From Candidatus Kapaibacterium sp. (GTDB taxonomy: Bacteria; Bacteroidota; Ignavibacteria; Kapaibacteriales; UBA2268), in assembly GCA_023957315.1 (NCBI GenBank), contig JAMLHE010000005.1, positions 169,132 through 233,131 of the forward strand: DNA of 64,000 nucleotides, given 5' to 3'. Below are positions 59,733 to 64,000 of this stretch, piece by piece; the first letter of the stretch is position 1, and the number at the start of each line of letters is the position of its first letter. The translations under genes were made by a program, and so were the position numbers. Under the pieces are notes generated by a model, which saw nothing but the letters and a program-made list of their open reading frames with translations, ran no database searches and was not told the origin of the DNA.

Positions 59733-62700
59733 TTATTGCCCTAAGTGAATAATACCTTGATTTACGATAGTTGCACTATTAATTACGTTACCCAATATAT
59801 ACAAACCATCGGCTTGTAAGTTATTCAGAGTTGATGAATTACGAACACTGATGTTCCCTCTGACCAATAATTGACCATTAACTGTCTTATCTCCCGGGTT
59901 GCTCACAAAAACGCCACCCAGCCCACCAGTGTATAACACTACATCTTGAATCAAATTTAATGGCAAATCACTAATGGTTTGAGCAGTTCCGTTGAAATCA
60001 ATCCAACTGTCAACCGGCAAATTGTACGACAAATAGTTGTTCAAAGCCGTTTCGAGAGAATTTGTCCCACCAACGCGCAAAATTGTATTGCTTTCCTGCC
60101 AATAGCGAGAATTTCCTGCCGAATTAGCGATATTTGCCTGTAAATCCAAAATTCCCAAAATAATTGAAAGTGAATCACGGGTAATCACATCATCAGTTAA
60201 AGTTACGACATTAAGTCCCGCTGCCCCGGAATTAATCACAGTCAAACTTCGGACGCTATCAGGTAAACCATTCCCTGTAACTTGATTAATTGCAGCTTGG
60301 TAGTAGAATTTTCCATTTTTGCTAAACGAGCGAGCAATAACGGATTGGACACTTCCTAGTGGATTGCCGAGACTTGTAATGCCATCAGGAGAACCGATAT
60401 ATAATGAAGAGAAATTCTCCATAGTGAAATGGTCTGCAGAAATGATATTATTTCCGGTAACCAAAGTTCCAGTATTTGAAATACTTGTGCCGAGAGCTAT
60501 GCCGCTTTCAAATCCGGGCAATATCGGGTCGTTGATGTCAAGATTGACCACATGATTTCCAACCCCTGCATTTCCACCACCGATGATTGCCGAATCTTGG
60601 AGCATATTTGGGAAAATTCCTGCTCCTGATATTGGTCCGGCATGTGCGGGATTATATGTCCAAGTGTTTTCGTCGGTCCAATTGCCTGTTTGGCGGCTAT
60701 AGAATATGCGACGGAAATAATCTACACTGCCTGTAGTCCAATCGCCTGTGAATTCGTTATAATCATAACCCGCATCAGTTTGGAAGAAGTTACCGGCAAT
60801 ATTAATTGTCGGCGGATTGAACGGGAATGCCCAAACCCCCGGAATGCGTTCACGAGTGGGGCGCCATCTGCCAATACGGACGAAATCAGATTCATTATTA
60901 TAAACATCGTCGTCAACATAGTTGAAAGTCCATTGACCATTGATTTGAGCACTAACGCTATCAATTGTCCAATATCGTTCGATGAAAGATGAATATGGGC
61001 TGCCTGACGAGCCACGATGTGCCTCTAATGGCAATACTCCGGGTGATGTTCTGACACCGATTCTTCCGGCAGTACCTATACCACCGACAAAAACTGCCGG
61101 AGCATAGTAGGTATCCGAACCAACGGGGTAAGTATATGTCAACGATGGATTAATAGCTCTTATCAAAAAGCCACTTTCGATACTTGTTCGGACAAATCTA
61201 TTAGCTCCAAAATTCAGAATTGATGTCAAAGCCGGATTCTGTATCGTTAGGTGGACACTATCATTCAAGGAGAAAAATGTATTAGGATTTGCAAAATTCA
61301 ATTGATTGGCAATATAAACATGAGTCCGAGTAGGATTGTTCAGAACAGGACGATGCACAATTACATCACCACCAAGAATATTGACGTTGTTGAAATTGAT
61401 ACCCGAATTATTCCGAATTACTATATACTTATCATTTAATCCGCCAAAATTGACCGATGAACTTGTAGGTGTTAATTTTCCATCATTGACAACAGAGTCA
61501 ACTGCAGCTACACCATACAAAGTTAAATTTCTATTACCGGCATTGAATGTACCTTGCCTAATCAAAAGCGTATCTTGTACTCTGACAACTGGTCCACCGG
61601 GGACAGACATAAACACAGTTTTGTTTACGGCGCCCGGATTGTCAATAATTATTGATTTGACCGAATCAGGAATGCCTGTTCCGGTATTTTGCGAACCAAA
61701 AGAGCTGTTGTAATGATAACGACTAACACCGAAATTACGAATATTAGTTTGCACAGCCCCCGAGAAACCGTTTACAGAAGGCGTAATGCCATTCAAGTGC
61801 ATCAAGCCAATCGTACAACTATCTTCGAGTATAAAGCTTGTTCCTCGAATGTAATTAAAGGAGCCGACTATATAAAGCGAACCCGGAAGTCCGTCATAAC
61901 GTTCAACAATGACAGAGCGGACGGTATCTTGGTATCCATCGGGCAGAGTAACAGTTTTGCCATATCCGATTCGTACAATATCCGTTGCTTCATTTGGAGT
62001 ACGAGTTGCAGGTGTCAAAGTAGTGTATCCGCTCATAGACCAAGTATTAATATCATTCCAACTGCCATCGTTATAGCTCCAGAAAGTAATACCGGAAGGC
62101 TCGCCGAGGGCAAAATCACCAAACGTTGTATTATTAATTGATTTAGAACTCGTATCTGTTTTAGCTGATGTAAACAAATCAGACCATACACCTGCTGAAG
62201 GAGGATACGGCGGATTGTATAGATATTGCTCGTAGAATAGTGGGTCGCCACCGTTTATATCCTGTGGATTCAAGAAGAACAAAGTAGCATTGAAAGTTCT
62301 GGCGCCTAAATCAAAAGCACCACTGGTATTAATATTCCAATATTTCTGAACATTGGTAGAAGTATTGAATGCTGAACTTGCCGTATCGGGATGAGCGTAT
62401 TCGTAAGCTCTGACGCCTACAAGCCCGACAGTCCCACCTGCACCGACAGTTTCAAAAATTACCGGACGATAACTATCTAAAGTATCAGCCCCGACGGGGA
62501 ACAATACTTCGGCATTTCCGGTGGCAAGCTCACGATACAGCCTGCCAAAGACGTGACCCTTGCCAACTCTGAAAACTTGCGGATTACTTCCAACCATAGG
62601 GCTTAGCTCGACAAATCTGTTTGTAGCCGAAGCATCTATAAATGATTGGTTGGTGGTTGAAAATTCGAGCGAGTTCCGAACCACTAAATCTGAATTTCCA

Positions 62701-64000
62701 ACTGCAGATAATAACACATTACCTGAAGCTTTTATTAATCTAATGTTATAAATTTCAAGTGGCGACGATTGCGATAGCAAAGTTTGGTCAGCCGTTCCGT
62801 TTAACGAAATCAACCAAGCGTCCGAAGTTGGTCCCGGAGGAACTCCAACGAAATTACCATAGTTACTTAAATTACCCGCAAGATTTACCGTGCTGCCATT
62901 GAGATTGAATGAATGATTATCGTCAATAGTCCAATCATTTTTAATCGTAAAGTTTACTTCGTTAATTTGTGTAGATACAGCATTTAGCGGATTATTGGCA
63001 AATAATAGATTATAAACAGGCATAGTACCGGACAATTTCACGATTGTATTATTCGGAGTTAGAGCGGTATCACCCGACTGAATCATACCACCTATCATAC
63101 CTGTACCGTTTTGAGCACTGACCCTGTAATCTGCTACAGAAGTCGTTGTGCCTCCGGCGTTGGCAATTACAATTCTGCCATCAGACATGGAGAAAGATGA
63201 ATTGGAATTGCTTATATCAAAACCGATATTTGTAGATGTATTGCCGACAGTATTGACAAAAAATTCATTGCTTCCTGCAAGATTGAAATCAATTTCGGAT
63301 GTAGTCAAATCTCTCGCAAAAGCTCCGGCAACTCTGACAGTGCCAAAGTTTTGGTCGAAAATAGTACCTGTCCTATAAAGGAAATGTTCGTTCGGACTAT
63401 CACCGACCCACAAATCGCCATTGTCAAGTACAATTGTTGTTGACGAGTTTGAAGTCACAGTTGAACGAGTGCGGATTGAGCCGTTAGAAATGTGAATCCC
63501 CGTGTTGTTACCCATATTGATGGGGTTTCCATCGGTAGAAATATACAAATCAGTTGGGAAATTGTGCGATAGAACTCCGGAATTTAAACCAATACTATAA
63601 TTTGCAGTTGTATCACTTGCAATGGCAAAATTTGGAGAAGAAATAAATAAGGAATCAAGCAATCCCCCATCCTTTTCAAGGATAATATCGCCGAGTCTGC
63701 CCCAATTTCCTGTACCTGAAATCAATGAATTCTCATCGCCAACAAATTTAATTGTTGTAGAATTATCATTGTCGTTCCGCAGAGAAACGCTTGCAGTCGA
63801 ATTGTTTTTGATGCTGCCGGTGATTTGGATAGTATCTCTTCTGCCGCCGACAGGTGTAGTTCCCGTAATCATACCATCTTCGTCAAGGAACATCTCCCTC
63901 ATTTCCAAAATTTTCTCGGCAGGCGAATCGCTAAATTGCAATATACCTTGACCCGGATTGGGGTTTGAGCCTCCAACCCTCAATGAATCAATTGAAATAT
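59733..64000 (-). CDS. Giant Gly/Asn/Thr/Ser-rich surface (beta-helix/adhesin-like) protein; 5'-partial (start beyond window end)
   Basis: Frame open for >1416 codons to the window edge (the track 'M' at 63983 is a TTG codon). Ends ...VNQGIIHLGQ. Confidence 0.65.
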   Translation of the reverse strand, partial: ISIDSLRVGGSNPNPGQGILQFSDSPAEKILEMREMFLDEDGMITGTTPVGGRRDTIQITGSIKNNSTASVSLRNDNDNSTTIKFVGDENSLISGTGNWGRLGDIILEKDGGLLDSLFISSPNFAIASDTTANYSIGLNSGVLSHNFPTDLYISTDGNPINMGNNTGIHISNGSIRTRSTVTSNSSTTIVLDNGDLWVGDSPNEHFLYRTGTIFDQNFGTVRVAGAFARDLTTSEIDFNLAGSNEFFVNTVGNTSTNIGFDISNSNSSFSMSDGRIVIANAGGTTTSVADYRVSAQNGTGMIGGMIQSGDTALTPNNTIVKLSGTMPVYNLLFANNPLNAVSTQINEVNFTIKNDWTIDDNHSFNLNGSTVNLAGNLSNYGNFVGVPPGPTSDAWLISLNGTADQTLLSQSSPLEIYNIRLIKASGNVLLSAVGNSDLVVRNSLEFSTTNQSFIDASATNRFVELSPMVGSNPQVFRVGKGHVFGRLYRELATGNAEVLFPVGADTLDSYRPVIFETVGAGGTVGLVGVRAYEYAHPDTASSAFNTSTNVQKYWNINTSGAFDLGARTFNATLFFLNPQDINGGDPLFYEQYLYNPPYPPSAGVWSDLFTSAKTDTSSKSINNTTFGDFALGEPSGITFWSYNDGSWNDINTWSMSGYTTLTPATRTPNEATDIVRIGYGKTVTLPDGYQDTVRSVIVERYDGLPGSLYIVGSFNYIRGTSFILEDSCTIGLMHLNGITPSVNGFSGAVQTNIRNFGVSRYHYNSSFGSQNTGTGIPDSVKSIIIDNPGAVNKTVFMSVPGGPVVRVQDTLLIRQGTFNAGNRNLTLYGVAAVDSVVNDGKLTPTSSSVNFGGLNDKYIVIRNNSGINFNNVNILGGDVIVHRPVLNNPTRTHVYIANQLNFANPNTFFSLNDSVHLTIQNPALTSILNFGANRFVRTSIESGFLIRAINPSLTYTYPVGSDTYYAPAVFVGGIGTAGRIGVRTSPGVLPLEAHRGSSGSPYSSFIERYWTIDSVSAQINGQWTFNYVDDDVYNNESDFVRIGRWRPTRERIPGVWAFPFNPPTINIAGNFFQTDAGYDYNEFTGDWTTGSVDYFRRIFYSRQTGNWTDENTWTYNPAHAGPISGAGIFPNMLQDSAIIGGGNAGVGNHVVNLDINDPILPGFESGIALGTSISNTGTLVTGNNIISADHFTMENFSSLYIGSPDGITSLGNPLGSVQSVIARSFSKNGKFYYQAAINQVTGNGLPDSVRSLTVINSGAAGLNVVTLTDDVITRDSLSIILGILDLQANIANSAGNSRYWQESNTILRVGGTNSLETALNNYLSYNLPVDSWIDFNGTAQTISDLPLNLIQDVVLYTGGLGGVFVSNPGDKTVNGQLLVRGNISVRNSSTLNNLQADGLYILGNVINSATIVNQGIIHLGQ

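Overview
This AT-rich 64 kb window looks like it comes from an FCB-group bacterium (Ignavibacteria/Bacteroidota-like). It is densely coding and at least seven proteins end in Por/T9SS-type C-terminal sorting domains.

Plus-strand genes run 2.8-24.2 kb:
- an S9 peptidase, a DUF985 cupin and a GNAT-like protein;
- then a long co-directional array: BatA-like vWA protein, a secreted TldD/TldE-like pair, Wzz, an O-antigen-ligase-family membrane protein translationally coupled to PBP2, a Cys-rich tandem-repeat lipoprotein, and a giant subtilase with FG-GAP repeats.

Minus-strand housekeeping genes include murB, fumC, an AddA-like helicase-nuclease, ppk2, an MqnA-like protein, a SpoU methyltransferase and leuCD. 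There is an initiator tRNA-fMet, and there are several BNR/T9SS secreted proteins and an S41 C-terminal protease (Ctp).

The most notable finding is a cobalamin riboswitch on the minus strand at about 2500-2645. It sits directly upstream of a 3'-partial secreted beta-propeller/T9SS-CTD gene (1..2370, minus), which could be a B12-regulated extracellular protein.

Other points of interest:
- a family of ~156 bp three-hairpin repeats (3 full copies plus fragments) bracketing a RelE/antitoxin module next to leuD;
- a tight 9-gene minus-strand operon (47.5-64 kb) encoding two CheY-like receivers around a His-less histidine-kinase-like sensor, an OmpA-domain outer-membrane protein, a WD40 T9SS protein and several very large Gly/Asn/Thr-rich surface proteins;
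- an unusual Wzz-Wzy_C-PBP2 linkage.

No transposase, integrase, CRISPR or rRNA was seen.
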